Below, piece after piece: positions 1 through 7,972 of a stretch of 64,000 bases of DNA. Made by a program: the position numbers and the translations under genes. The notes under the pieces are model-generated. The model was given only the letters and a program-made list of their open reading frames with translations. It was not told the origin of the DNA and ran no database searches. The DNA lies in contig CAYGJZ010000004.1 of assembly GCA_964350265.1 (NCBI GenBank), positions 12,318 to 76,317 on the forward strand, written 5' to 3'. Positions within the stretch are counted from its first letter, which is position 1. Every line of letters starts with the position of its first letter. Origin of the DNA: an uncultured Gammaproteobacteria bacterium (GTDB lineage Bacteria > Pseudomonadota > Gammaproteobacteria > Arenicellales > CAJQKF01).

Positions 1-216
1 TCGCTGGAGTTCACCATGCCGCTGGTGTTTCTCTCCATGCTGGTGGCGGCGGTGCGCGATGGTCCGTTGCTGGCCGCGGCCATCGTCGGCGGCCTGGTGG
101 CCACCCTCGCCCAGGACATGCCGATGAAGCTCGGCATCATCACCGGCGCCCTGTCGGGCATCACCGCCGGCGTCATCGCCGATCACTTCCGCCGCCGCCG
201 GCCGGAGGCATCATGA
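1..216 (+). CDS. azlC: AzlC-family branched-chain amino acid transport protein, C-terminal fragment (5' end lies outside the window)
   Basis: Frame 1 is open from the window edge. The C-terminus is hydrophobic. Its stop overlaps the start of an AzlD-like gene as ATGA, which is the usual azlCD pairing. Confidence 0.6.
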   Translation, partial: SLEFTMPLVFLSMLVAAVRDGPLLAAAIVGGLVATLAQDMPMKLGIITGALSGITAGVIADHFRRRRPEAS

Positions 217-539
217 GCGACTACCCGGTGCTGCTGGTGGTGCTGGTGGGCGGTCTCGGCACCTACCTGGTGCGTGTCTCCTTCCTGTTCATCCTCGGCA
301 ACCGCGTGGTTTCGCCGCTGGTGGAGAACATCCTGCGCTACATCCCGCCGGCCGCATTCGCCGCGCTGGCCATACCGGCGGTGGTGCGCCCGGAAGGGGT
401 CATCGCGCTTGGACCGGACAATCTCAAGCTGCTGGCGGCGGTGGTGGCGCTGGTGGTGGGCTACCGGACCCGCAGCGTGATGTGGGTGCTGGTGTCGGGC
501 ATGGGCAGCCTGTGGCTGCTGACCTGGCTCGCCGCCTGA
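213..539 (+). CDS. azlD: AzlD-family branched-chain amino acid transport protein
   Basis: A 108-aa, very hydrophobic protein of about 4 TM segments (VLLVVLVGGLGTYLVRVSF...). It is translationally coupled to the upstream azlC fragment. Confidence 0.75.
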   Translation: MSDYPVLLVVLVGGLGTYLVRVSFLFILGNRVVSPLVENILRYIPPAAFAALAIPAVVRPEGVIALGPDNLKLLAAVVALVVGYRTRSVMWVLVSGMGSLWLLTWLAA

Positions 540-589
540 GGCCCGCCGCATCGCCGGCCAACATCGACCACGACGAGAGGAGACAACCC

Positions 590-1006
590 ATGGCAGAGCA
601 ATCCTTCGCCAACGGCCACTGCCAGTGCGGCGACGTTCGCTGGCGGGCCAGTGCCGCGCCGGTGCGCATGGCTCGCTGTCACTGCGCCGACTGCCGGCGC
701 GCCTCGGGCACCGGACACATGTCGCTGGCCTTCTTCACCGAGGATACGGTGGACATCGACGGCGAGGTCTCAGGCTTCGCCGCCACCGCCGACAGCGGCA
801 ACACCAATACCCGCTACTTCTGCCCGCGCTGCGGTTCGCGGCTGTTCACCCGCAACTCGGCCAGGCCCGGGGTGGTGGGGATTGCCGTCGGCAGCGCCGA
901 GAACAGCGACTGGTTCCAGCCCGGCGGCGTGGTCTACCTGCGTGGCCGGCCGGCGTGGGACGCCGAACCCGGCGACACGCCGGCCTTCGACGCCATGCCC
1001 ACCTAG
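590..1006 (+). CDS. GFA-family (glutathione-dependent formaldehyde-activating / CENP-V-like) zinc protein
   Basis: Cys motifs are typical of GFA: GHCQCG, CHCADCRRASG and FCPRCGSRLF. The ATG at 590 is preceded by GAGAGG. The longer ORF from 482 adds only an Arg/Ala-rich extension. Confidence 0.8.
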   Translation: MAEQSFANGHCQCGDVRWRASAAPVRMARCHCADCRRASGTGHMSLAFFTEDTVDIDGEVSGFAATADSGNTNTRYFCPRCGSRLFTRNSARPGVVGIAVGSAENSDWFQPGGVVYLRGRPAWDAEPGDTPAFDAMPT

Positions 1007-1870
1007 CTAGGGCGCCTTGTCCGCGGCGGGCGCGGCCTGCACCTCGTGGTGCTGCACGCCCAGGCCGGACACTTCCAGCGTAACCCGGTCGCCGGCCTCC
1101 AGGTAGACCGGCGGCTCGGCGCCCATGCCCACCCCGGCGGGGGTGCCGGTGGCGATGATGTCGCCCGGCTTCAAGGTCATGAAGCGACTGATGTAGGACA
1201 CCAGGTAGGCCACCTTGAAGATCATGTCGGCGGTGTTGCCGGACTGTCGGCGGACACCGTTGACGTCCAGCCACAGGTCCAGCGACTGCGGATCCGGCAC
1301 CTCGTCGCGGGTAACCAGGCACGGGCCGATGGGTCCGAAGGTATCGTGGGACTTGCCCTTCAGCCAGCCACCGGTGCCGGCGAGCTGGTGGTCGCGCTCG
1401 GAGACGTCGTTGACCGTGCAGTAGCCGGCCACGTACTTCAGCGCATCGGCCTCGCTGACCCGGCACGCGGTATAGGCGATGACCACGCCCAGTTCCACCT
1501 CCCAGTCGGTCTTGCGCGATCCCGGCGGCAGCACGATGGGGTCGTCGGGGCCGCTGATGCAGGAAATCGCCTTGCTGAACAGGATCGGCTCGGCGGGCAC
1601 CTTCGCCCCCGACTCGGCGGCATGGTCGGCATAGTTCAGGCCGACGCCGATGAACTTGCCGACCCCGGCCAGGCAGGGACCAAGACGCACCTCGCTCTCG
1701 ACCAGCGGCAACCCGGCCGGGTCGAGAGCGCGGATGTAGTCCATGCTCTCGGCGTCGAGCATGCGGGGATGGATGTCCTGGACCACGTTGGCCAGGTCGC
1801 GCAGCTGTCCGTGCTCGTCGAGCAACGCCGGCCTTTCATGGCCAGGCGAACCGTATCTGGCGAATTTCAA
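1007..1870 (-). CDS. Fumarylacetoacetate hydrolase (FAH) family protein (FAHD1/YcgM-like hydratase, decarboxylase or acylpyruvase class)
   Basis: Diagnostic stretches are KFIGVGLNYADHA, WEVELGVVI, SERDHQ and PGDIIATGTPAGVG. The likely start is TTG at 1870 (MKFARYG...), with GGAG 9 nt upstream. The upstream part of the 352-aa ORF is Arg/Pro-rich filler. Confidence 0.85.
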   Translation of the reverse strand: MKFARYGSPGHERPALLDEHGQLRDLANVVQDIHPRMLDAESMDYIRALDPAGLPLVESEVRLGPCLAGVGKFIGVGLNYADHAAESGAKVPAEPILFSKAISCISGPDDPIVLPPGSRKTDWEVELGVVIAYTACRVSEADALKYVAGYCTVNDVSERDHQLAGTGGWLKGKSHDTFGPIGPCLVTRDEVPDPQSLDLWLDVNGVRRQSGNTADMIFKVAYLVSYISRFMTLKPGDIIATGTPAGVGMGAEPPVYLEAGDRVTLEVSGLGVQHHEVQAAPAADKAP

Positions 1871-1929
1871 CAGCGAAGGCTCCGGGGGACACCCGCGCGG
1901 CGGACGCCGGCGGGCAGGCGGTGGACGAT

Positions 1930-1948
1930 GGAATATTTGTGACAGAAT
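1930..1948. promoter_or_regulatory. Operator-like AT-rich motif GGAATATTTGT-G-ACAGAAT upstream of the FAH-family gene
   Basis: It lies 60-78 nt upstream of the FAH start. The 11-mer GGAATATTTGT and the 7-mer ACAGAAT both recur, in the same order and on the same strand, at 20584-20608 in the iclR/operon control region. Confidence 0.4.
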
Positions 1949-1971
1949 CGCCGGGGCAAGTAAAGCATCCC

Positions 1972-2343
1972 TCAGTCGGCCACCGGCAGGCGGAACAGGT
2001 AGACGGTCAGCGCGCTGCCGATCACGGTCAGCAGCACCACCGCCCAGGCGGCGCCGACCAGCCACATCGACAGGCCCATGGTCAGCCAGATGGTGATCAC
2101 CGCGCGCCGTCGTACCGCGCGTGGCAGCCGGCCACCGTCACGGAAACTGCGCACCATGGGTCCGAACCAGCGATGCGCGAGCAGCCAGCGATGGAACCTG
2201 GGCGAGGAGCGGGCGAAGCACCATGCCGCCAGCAACACGAACACGGTGGTCGGCATCAGCGGCAGAAAGATGCCGATCACCCCCAGCGCCAACGACACCC
2301 AGCCGGCGACGAACAGCAGGCCGCGCCACGGCCCGGCGCTCAA
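1972..2343 (-). CDS. ybaN: YbaN-family (DUF454) inner membrane protein
   Basis: LALGVIGIFLPLMPTTVFVLLAAWCFARSSPRFHRWL is the typical DUF454 N-terminus. The TTG start overlaps the stop of the upstream ThDP-enzyme gene as TTGA. Confidence 0.8.
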   Translation of the reverse strand: MSAGPWRGLLFVAGWVSLALGVIGIFLPLMPTTVFVLLAAWCFARSSPRFHRWLLAHRWFGPMVRSFRDGGRLPRAVRRRAVITIWLTMGLSMWLVGAAWAVVLLTVIGSALTVYLFRLPVAD

Positions 2344-3977
2344 CGGCCGCCGTCCCGGACCTGGCTGAGGGTGCGTCCCGGGGCAATGGCCTCCGGGTCA
2401 ACGAGCAGGTGGATGATGGCCGGCAGGCCGGAATCCACCGCGCGGCGATAGGCAGCCTCGAAGGCGTCGGTGTCGCGCACGGTCTCGCCGTGACCACCGT
2501 GGGCACGGGCCAGCGCGGCGAAATCGGGATTGCGCAGGGTGGTGGCCGAGACGCGGCCGGGATAGCTGCGCTCCTGGTGCATGCGGATGGTGCCGTACAT
2601 GCCGTTGTCCACCACGACGACCACGATGGCGGCATCGTGCTGCACCGCCACCGCGAACTCCTGGCCGGTCATCTGGAAGCAGCCGTCGCCGACCAGGCAG
2701 ACCACCGGTGTCCGCGGATGGCGCAGCCGTGCCGCCACCGCCGCCGGCAGGCCGTAGCCCATCGACCCGGAGGTGGGCGCAAGCTGCGTGCCGAAGCGCC
2801 GGAAGCGGTGAAAGCGATGCAGCCAGCCGGCATAGTTGCCGGCACCGTTGGTGAGGATGGCGTCGTCGGGCAGCACGTCGCCAAGCCAGCGGACGATGGC
2901 GCCGACCTGCACCGCGCCGGGGTTCGACGGCGGCGTATCCGACCAGGCCAGGTACTCGGCATGGGCGGCGCGGCCTCGCTGGTTCCCGCCGTTGCCCCGC
3001 GGCGCGGCGGCGAGGAAGGCTCCCGGGGTGGCGCACAGGGCCAGCGTCGGGTGGTAGATGCGGCCAAGCTCCTCGGCCCCCGGATGCACGTGCACCAGCG
3101 TCCTGCCGGGCTCCGGCATGCCCAGCACGGAGAAGCCCTGGGAGGGATTCTCGGAAAATCGTGCACCGACCAGCAGCAGCAGGTCGGCACGTTCCAGACG
3201 CTGTCGAAGGGCCGGGTTGATGCCGAGCCCCACGTCCCCGGCATAGTGATCGTGCAGGTGGTCGAACAGCATCTGGCGACGGAAGGAACAGGCCACCGGC
3301 AGGTCCCAGGACTCGGCGAAGTCGCGCAATGCCGTCACCGCGGTCTCGTTCCAGCGCGAGCCGCCGACCACCGCCAGCGGTTCGCGCGCCGATGCCAGCA
3401 GGTCCTCGAGCCGCGCCATGTCCGCCGGCGTCGGCGCCGGCTCGGCCACCTCCACCCGGCGTCCGGGCATCGCGGTACACGGCTCGCGCAGCATGTCCTC
3501 GGGCAGGGCCAGCACCACCGGGCCGGGCCGGCCGCTCATGGCCACGTGGAAGGCGTGGCTGACGATCTCGGGAATGCGGCTGGCATCGTGGATCTCGTCC
3601 ACCCACTTGGCCATGCCGCCGAAGAAGCGGCGGTAGTCCACTTCCTGGAAGGCATCGCGGCCGACCATGTCGCGGCCGACCTGGCCGACGAACAGGATCA
3701 TCGGCGTGGAGTCCTGCTGGGCCACGTGCACGCCGCTGGCGGCATTGGTGGCGCCGGGGCCGCGGGTAACCATGGCGATGCCCGGCCGGCCGGTCATCTT
3801 GCCGTCGGCCTCGGCCATCATCGCGGCACCGCCCTCCTGGCGGCAGACCACGGTCTCGATGGCCGAGTCGTGCAGGCCGTTGAGCACGGCCAGGTAGCTT
3901 TCCCCGGGGACGCAGAAGACGCGCTCGACGCCCTGCGCCTCGAGGCAGGCCACCAACTGCTGTCCGGCGTCGCTCAC
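2340..3977 (-). CDS. Thiamine-diphosphate-dependent enzyme, acetolactate-synthase-like family (specific reaction unknown)
   Basis: The N-terminal PYR domain reads VFCVPGESYLAVLNGL...RQEGGAAMMAEADGK...RGPGATNA. The C-terminal ThDP motif is GDGCFQM...VVDNGMYG. GTG at 3977 is chosen to avoid a 56-nt overlap, but ATG at 4037 is also possible. Confidence 0.85.
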   Translation of the reverse strand: MSDAGQQLVACLEAQGVERVFCVPGESYLAVLNGLHDSAIETVVCRQEGGAAMMAEADGKMTGRPGIAMVTRGPGATNAASGVHVAQQDSTPMILFVGQVGRDMVGRDAFQEVDYRRFFGGMAKWVDEIHDASRIPEIVSHAFHVAMSGRPGPVVLALPEDMLREPCTAMPGRRVEVAEPAPTPADMARLEDLLASAREPLAVVGGSRWNETAVTALRDFAESWDLPVACSFRRQMLFDHLHDHYAGDVGLGINPALRQRLERADLLLLVGARFSENPSQGFSVLGMPEPGRTLVHVHPGAEELGRIYHPTLALCATPGAFLAAAPRGNGGNQRGRAAHAEYLAWSDTPPSNPGAVQVGAIVRWLGDVLPDDAILTNGAGNYAGWLHRFHRFRRFGTQLAPTSGSMGYGLPAAVAARLRHPRTPVVCLVGDGCFQMTGQEFAVAVQHDAAIVVVVVDNGMYGTIRMHQERSYPGRVSATTLRNPDFAALARAHGGHGETVRDTDAFEAAYRRAVDSGLPAIIHLLVDPEAIAPGRTLSQVRDGGR

Positions 3978-3981
3978 CGCC

Positions 3982-4836
3982 CTAGGCCGAGTAGTCGTAA
4001 AAGCCGCGACCGCTCTTGCGACCCAGGTGGCCGGCATCGACCATCTGCTTGAGCAGCGGGCAGGGCCGGTACTTGCTGTCGCCGAACTCGTTGAGCAGGA
4101 TCTGCTGCACGAACAGGCACACGTCGATGCCGATCATGTCGGCCAGCGCCAGCGGGCCGATGGGATGGTTGGCGCCGAGTTTCATGGCCTCGTCGATCTC
4201 CGCCGCGCTGGCCACGCCCTCGTGCAGCAGGAACACCGCCTCGTTGATCATCGGCACCAGCATGCGGTTGACGATGAAGCCGGGCGAGTCCTTCACCCCA
4301 ACCGGGACCTTGCCCAGTGCCCGTGCCAGCTCGTCGGCGGCGGCATAGGTGGCGTCGGTGGTCTGCAGCGCGCGGATCACCTCCACCAGCTTCATCAACG
4401 GCACCGGGTTGAAGAAGTGCATGCCCACCACCTGTCCCGGGCGACTGCTGGCCGCGGCCAGGCGGGTCAGCGACAGCGACGAGGTGTTCGAGGCAAGGAT
4501 GGCATCGGCCCGGGTCACTTCGTGCAGGCGGGCAAACAACGCCAGCTTCAGGTCGATGTTCTCCACCGCCGCCTCGATCACGATGTCGACATCGGCCAGC
4601 GCCTCGACCTCGGTGGCGGTGGTGATCGCGGCCAGCGCCGCGTCCTGCTGCTCGGCGGTGATGCGCTCCTTCTCCACCAGCTTGCCGAGACTGCGCCGGA
4701 TGCCGCCCATGCCACGCTCGAGCTGCGCCGAAGAGATGTCCTGCAGGACGACGGAATAGCCGCTCGCCGCGCCGGCCTGGGCAATGCCGCTGCCCATGGT
4801 GCCGGCGCCGACGACGCCGATGGTCTTGATGCTCAC
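3982..4836 (-). CDS. 3-hydroxyacyl-CoA / 3-hydroxybutyryl-CoA dehydrogenase
   Basis: The Rossmann motif is IGVVGAGTMGSGIAQ, and HFFNPVPLMKLVEV is the HCDH signature. The start is GTG at 4836, with GGAGAA 6 nt upstream. Confidence 0.9.
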   Translation of the reverse strand: MSIKTIGVVGAGTMGSGIAQAGAASGYSVVLQDISSAQLERGMGGIRRSLGKLVEKERITAEQQDAALAAITTATEVEALADVDIVIEAAVENIDLKLALFARLHEVTRADAILASNTSSLSLTRLAAASSRPGQVVGMHFFNPVPLMKLVEVIRALQTTDATYAAADELARALGKVPVGVKDSPGFIVNRMLVPMINEAVFLLHEGVASAAEIDEAMKLGANHPIGPLALADMIGIDVCLFVQQILLNEFGDSKYRPCPLLKQMVDAGHLGRKSGRGFYDYSA

Positions 4837-4915
4837 GTGGATTCTCCGCGATGGCTGGTGACGAGCCGCGGCATTCTGCGCGATCACCGTGCAGGTGGCA
4901 ACCGCGCGGGATGCC

Positions 4916-5260
4916 TCAGTCGGCGGCGGCGAGGTTCACCGGCTGGCCGTGCGGGGTATTCAGGTAGGCACGTCGCCAGCGTTCCTTGCGCCGGGCCAGT
5001 TCGGCCGGTGCCAGGCTGGCCCGCTTAAGGCACAGCCGTTCCAGCGCGTTGAGCCAGTGCAGGTAGTAGTCGCTGCCGTCGTCGGCCTCGCCGCGGGCGC
5101 CAGCGTCGGCGATCTCGGCGGACAGCGCGTCCGCCCACTCCGTCCAGGTGAAGCAGCCCTGCTCGTGCAGGGCCAGGGCCAGGGCAAAGGCCTCGGCCTG
5201 CCAGGGCGCGGCGAACACCGGGCCGTCGTCGTCCGCCGGCAGGCGCGGATCGACGCTCAT
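4916..5260 (-). CDS. Nitrile hydratase accessory (activator, P14K-like) protein
   Basis: FAAPWQAEAFALALALHEQGCFTWTEWADAL resembles NHase activator proteins and beta-subunit N-termini. Its ATG overlaps the beta-subunit stop as ATGA. Confidence 0.8.
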   Translation of the reverse strand: MSVDPRLPADDDGPVFAAPWQAEAFALALALHEQGCFTWTEWADALSAEIADAGARGEADDGSDYYLHWLNALERLCLKRASLAPAELARRKERWRRAYLNTPHGQPVNLAAAD

Positions 5261-5907
5261 GCGGCCACCAGGTGCGGCTGCCACAGGTCGACGTGGACGC
5301 TGTCGTGGCTGTCGTTGCCCCACAGTGCCGAGGCCGGCATGCGCACCGTGTACAGGTGCTCGCCGCGCCTTTCCCCGTGGGCATGGGCATCGGCAAAGAC
5401 ATGACAGCCGCGATGGGCGACGATCACCCCGCGATGACCACGGGCGTAGCGCGGCACCCGGGTATGGCCGCGCGGATGGGCGTTGATCACGCGTACCGCG
5501 TCGCCCACGGCGAAGACCGGCGGCGCGCTCGGCGGCAGGTCCACCGGGGCACCCCGGCGCAGCACCGCCGCGACCCGCCCGGCGGCCAGCGGCGCCTGGC
5601 CAGCGGGACCGCTGGCGCGGGCGCCGGCCAGCTCGGCCTCGCTCAACAGCCCCTTCTCGCGCAGCAGCGTGGTCAACCCCGCCAGCCAGTTCTCGTAGTA
5701 GTCGTTGCGCAGGTAGTCCACCGGGTGCTGGCGTTCCCGGGCATGGCGGGACTCGTCGAGGTTCCAGTGCCCAAGCGCGCCGCAGGCCAGGGTGATGGCG
5801 AAGGCGCGACGTTGCCAGGCATGGTGGAAGACCGGCTCGTCGCGCTCCGCCTGCGCAGCCACCGGGCCGAGGCCGTGCATGCCGCCAAGATCGTGGGCGC
5901 CGTTCAC
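5257..5907 (-). CDS. nthB: Nitrile hydratase beta subunit
   Basis: The N-terminus (M)[15 protein letters not shown], then YYENWLAGL, and the C-terminal [13 protein letters not shown]...YTVRM are all typical. The GTG start at 5907 overlaps the alpha-subunit stop as GTGA. Confidence 0.9.
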   Translation of the reverse strand: MNGAHDLGGMHGLGPVAAQAERDEPVFHHAWQRRAFAITLACGALGHWNLDESRHARERQHPVDYLRNDYYENWLAGLTTLLREKGLLSEAELAGARASGPAGQAPLAAGRVAAVLRRGAPVDLPPSAPPVFAVGDAVRVINAHPRGHTRVPRYARGHRGVIVAHRGCHVFADAHAHGERRGEHLYTVRMPASALWGNDSHDSVHVDLWQPHLVAA

Positions 5908-6554
5908 GACGGCGACACCGGCGCCAGGACCTCCACGCCGATCATGCTGTTGCGGGTCACCAGCGCGGCCAGCGCCGGCTCGTCCAGCGCCTCGCTGCCC
6001 GGCGGGCGCATCGGCAGCACCAGGTAGCGCATCTCGGCGGTGGAGTCCCACACCCGCACCTCGACGCCGTCTTCCAGGACGGTGCCGAACTCGGCCAGCA
6101 CGCCGCGCGGATCGGACACCGCGCGGGCGCGGTAGGGGGCCGACTTGTACCAGGCCGGCGGCAGGCCGAGCACCGGCCAGGGGTAGCAGGAGCACAGCGT
6201 GCAGACCACCAGGTTGTGCACCGCGGGGGTGTTCTCCACCACCGCCATGTGCTCGCCCTGGCGACCGCCGAAGCCCATCGCCTCGATGGCGGCGGTGGCA
6301 TCGGCCAGCAGCCACGCGCGGTAGTCATCGTCGCACCAGGCCCGGGCCACCACCCGTGCGCCGTTGCGCGGGCCGACGCGGTGCTCGTAGGTATCGATCA
6401 GCACGTCCAGCGCGGCCGGGTCGACCAGGCCCTTCTCCACCAGCAGCGACTCCAGCGCCTTGACCCGCAATGCCGGGTCCGGCGGTGGCTCGGTGTGATC
6501 GTGATCGTGGTGATGGTGGCCAGGGGACTGGCCGGGCTCGTGTTCGTCGCCCAT
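5904..6554 (-). CDS. nthA: Nitrile hydratase alpha subunit, cobalt type
   Basis: The metal-binding claw [10 protein letters not shown] has Thr in CTLCSC, which indicates the Co type (Fe type has CSLCSC). The ATG at 6554 has GGAG 6 nt upstream. The N-terminus contains GHHHHDHDH. Confidence 0.92.
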   Translation of the reverse strand: MGDEHEPGQSPGHHHHDHDHTEPPPDPALRVKALESLLVEKGLVDPAALDVLIDTYEHRVGPRNGARVVARAWCDDDYRAWLLADATAAIEAMGFGGRQGEHMAVVENTPAVHNLVVCTLCSCYPWPVLGLPPAWYKSAPYRARAVSDPRGVLAEFGTVLEDGVEVRVWDSTAEMRYLVLPMRPPGSEALDEPALAALVTRNSMIGVEVLAPVSPS

Positions 6555-6584
6555 GCTCGGCTCCGCGCCGCTTCGGGAACGGGC

Positions 6585-6593
6585 ATTGTAGCA
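6585..6593 (-). promoter_or_regulatory. Candidate extended -10 promoter element (TGcTACAAT) for the nitrile hydratase operon
   Basis: The minus strand reads TTGCTACAAT about 30 nt upstream of the nthA ATG. No convincing -35 element was seen. Confidence 0.35.
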
Positions 6594-6669
6594 ACCCGGC
6601 GTGCCGCGCACTTGCCCGTCACCGGCGGCGGGCGCACAATGATCGGCCCGCGTTCACCCGTTGCCGGCC

Positions 6670-7044
6670 ATGTCCGCCATCGCCCATCTTCGTTCCGGCG
6701 TCCTGCTCGTGCTGCTGCCCGGCTTCGCCCTCGGCTTCCTGGCGGCGCTTGGCATCCGCCACGCCGATACCCTGGTCGCGCTGACCGCCGATGCCTACCA
6801 GGCCCGCTTCCGCGCCATGACCTCGACCCCGTCCACGCCGCTGCGCTACTACGCGGTGCACGATCGCGACCTGCAACTGGCAGCCATCGCGCCACCCGGG
6901 GTGGCCGCGGTCGCCGCCACGTCGCTCGGCGGATTGAGCGCCATCGAGATCGTGCCCGGAGGCCAGGAGGCCATCCACCGACTGCGCCAGGTCCCCGGCG
7001 TGTACTACGTCCTCGCCGGCAACCTGCCGCTCGTCTGCCACTGA
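6670..7044 (+). CDS. Hypothetical protein with an N-terminal signal or anchor segment
   Basis: Third-position GC is high across the ORF. The N-terminus is hydrophobic (LLVLLPGFALGFLAALG). I recognise no family. The ATG at 6670 is preferred over the TTG at 6661. Confidence 0.5.
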   Translation: MSAIAHLRSGVLLVLLPGFALGFLAALGIRHADTLVALTADAYQARFRAMTSTPSTPLRYYAVHDRDLQLAAIAPPGVAAVAATSLGGLSAIEIVPGGQEAIHRLRQVPGVYYVLAGNLPLVCH

Positions 7045-7069
7045 CCGGCGCCACCGGCGCCCCGGCCGC

Positions 7070-7972
7070 TCAGCCCCAGCGCAGCAACGCCAGGCCGTTG
7101 CCGCCGGCACCGCCGCCGTCGGCACCGGGCAGCACGTGCCCGGCAACGGGGTTCGCGTCCCGTTCCCGGACCAGGCAGGTGCCACCGCAACGTCCGCCTT
7201 CGCCGGCGGCGCCGCCAAGCCGGGCATTGCCGCCCGGCCCGCCGACGATGCCGCCGCCACCGCCGCCGTTGCCGCCGTTGGAGACCGCGCCGATGGTGCG
7301 CCCGGCCTGTCCGCTGCCGCGCCCGGCCGGTGCCTCCGCGCCGCCACCGCGGCCATGGGGCTGGTGACCGGCCTCGATCTCCACCCGGCCACCGCCGCCG
7401 CCACCGCCGGCTGCCACCAGCAGGCGGGTCTCGCCCCGCAGCAGGGCCGAGCCGGCACCACCGCCGCCACCACCGCCACCGACACCGGCGGGGGAGGCAT
7501 CACTGCCGTCACCGCCGTCGAGACCACAGGCCGACGGTCCCCCGGCACCGCCATGCAGACGGCCACCGTCGGTGCCGGCCGCACCGATGCACACGGTCAG
7601 CATTTCCCCGGGCACCACCGGGATGGTCACGGTGATGGCGGCACCGGCGCCGCCGCGGCAGCGGGCGGTCAGGCCCTGGGCAAGCCGCGGACCGTCGCCG
7701 CCGTCGGCACCGCGCAGCGCCACCTTGAGCATCATCACCCGCGGTGGCACCGAGAACACGAAACGTCCCGGGCGATCGAACAGGGCCTCGCCGGGAAACG
7801 GCAACTCGACACCGTCGCCGGCTTCGCCGGGCGGTGCCTGCGGCAGCGGCAGGTCCGGTAACGGCGGCCGGGCAGGCAGCGGGTCGGGCCAGGCCGCCGG
7901 ACCGCGCAGCCGGGCGCGGGCATCGGGGTGGAGGGAAAGGGGTTCAAGCAGCTGGGTCATCTTGCGGATCAT
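7070..7972 (-). CDS. Glycine-rich domain protein (resembles the glycine-rich domain seen in ALK/LTK ectodomains and some bacterial or phage proteins); function unknown
   Basis: GGAGGAA lies upstream of the ATG. The N-terminus is Pro-rich. It is followed by FVFSVPPRV..LKVALRGADGG...GGAGAAITVTIPVVPGEMLTVCIGAAG and then poly-Gly blocks. No signal peptide was seen. Confidence 0.6.
   Translation of the reverse strand: MIRKMTQLLEPLSLHPDARARLRGPAAWPDPLPARPPLPDLPLPQAPPGEAGDGVELPFPGEALFDRPGRFVFSVPPRVMMLKVALRGADGGDGPRLAQGLTARCRGGAGAAITVTIPVVPGEMLTVCIGAAGTDGGRLHGGAGGPSACGLDGGDGSDASPAGVGGGGGGGGAGSALLRGETRLLVAAGGGGGGGRVEIEAGHQPHGRGGGAEAPAGRGSGQAGRTIGAVSNGGNGGGGGGIVGGPGGNARLGGAAGEGGRCGGTCLVRERDANPVAGHVLPGADGGGAGGNGLALLRWG

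Noticed and set aside
1004-1009. The convergent GFA and FAH genes abut with zero intergenic distance, forming the palindrome TAGCTA from their two stop codons.
   Set aside because: It is a curious feature, but it is explained by two convergent stop codons. There is no room for a terminator, and no evidence of functional significance can be drawn from the sequence.
4916-6554. The nitrile-hydratase-like genes could instead encode thiocyanate hydrolase, which is also a Co enzyme with a CTLCSC claw.
   Set aside because: Thiocyanate hydrolase has its beta-equivalent split into two polypeptides, giving three structural subunits. Here the beta subunit is a single 216-aa protein, followed by a P14K-like activator. 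This is the nitrile hydratase layout.
7190-7520. GGC/GCC-rich quasi-tandem repeats look like a VNTR or low-complexity repeat array.
   Set aside because: They are in frame within the glycine-rich ORF and encode poly-Gly blocks. The units are irregular, and there is no spacer-repeat architecture, so this is not CRISPR or a satellite.
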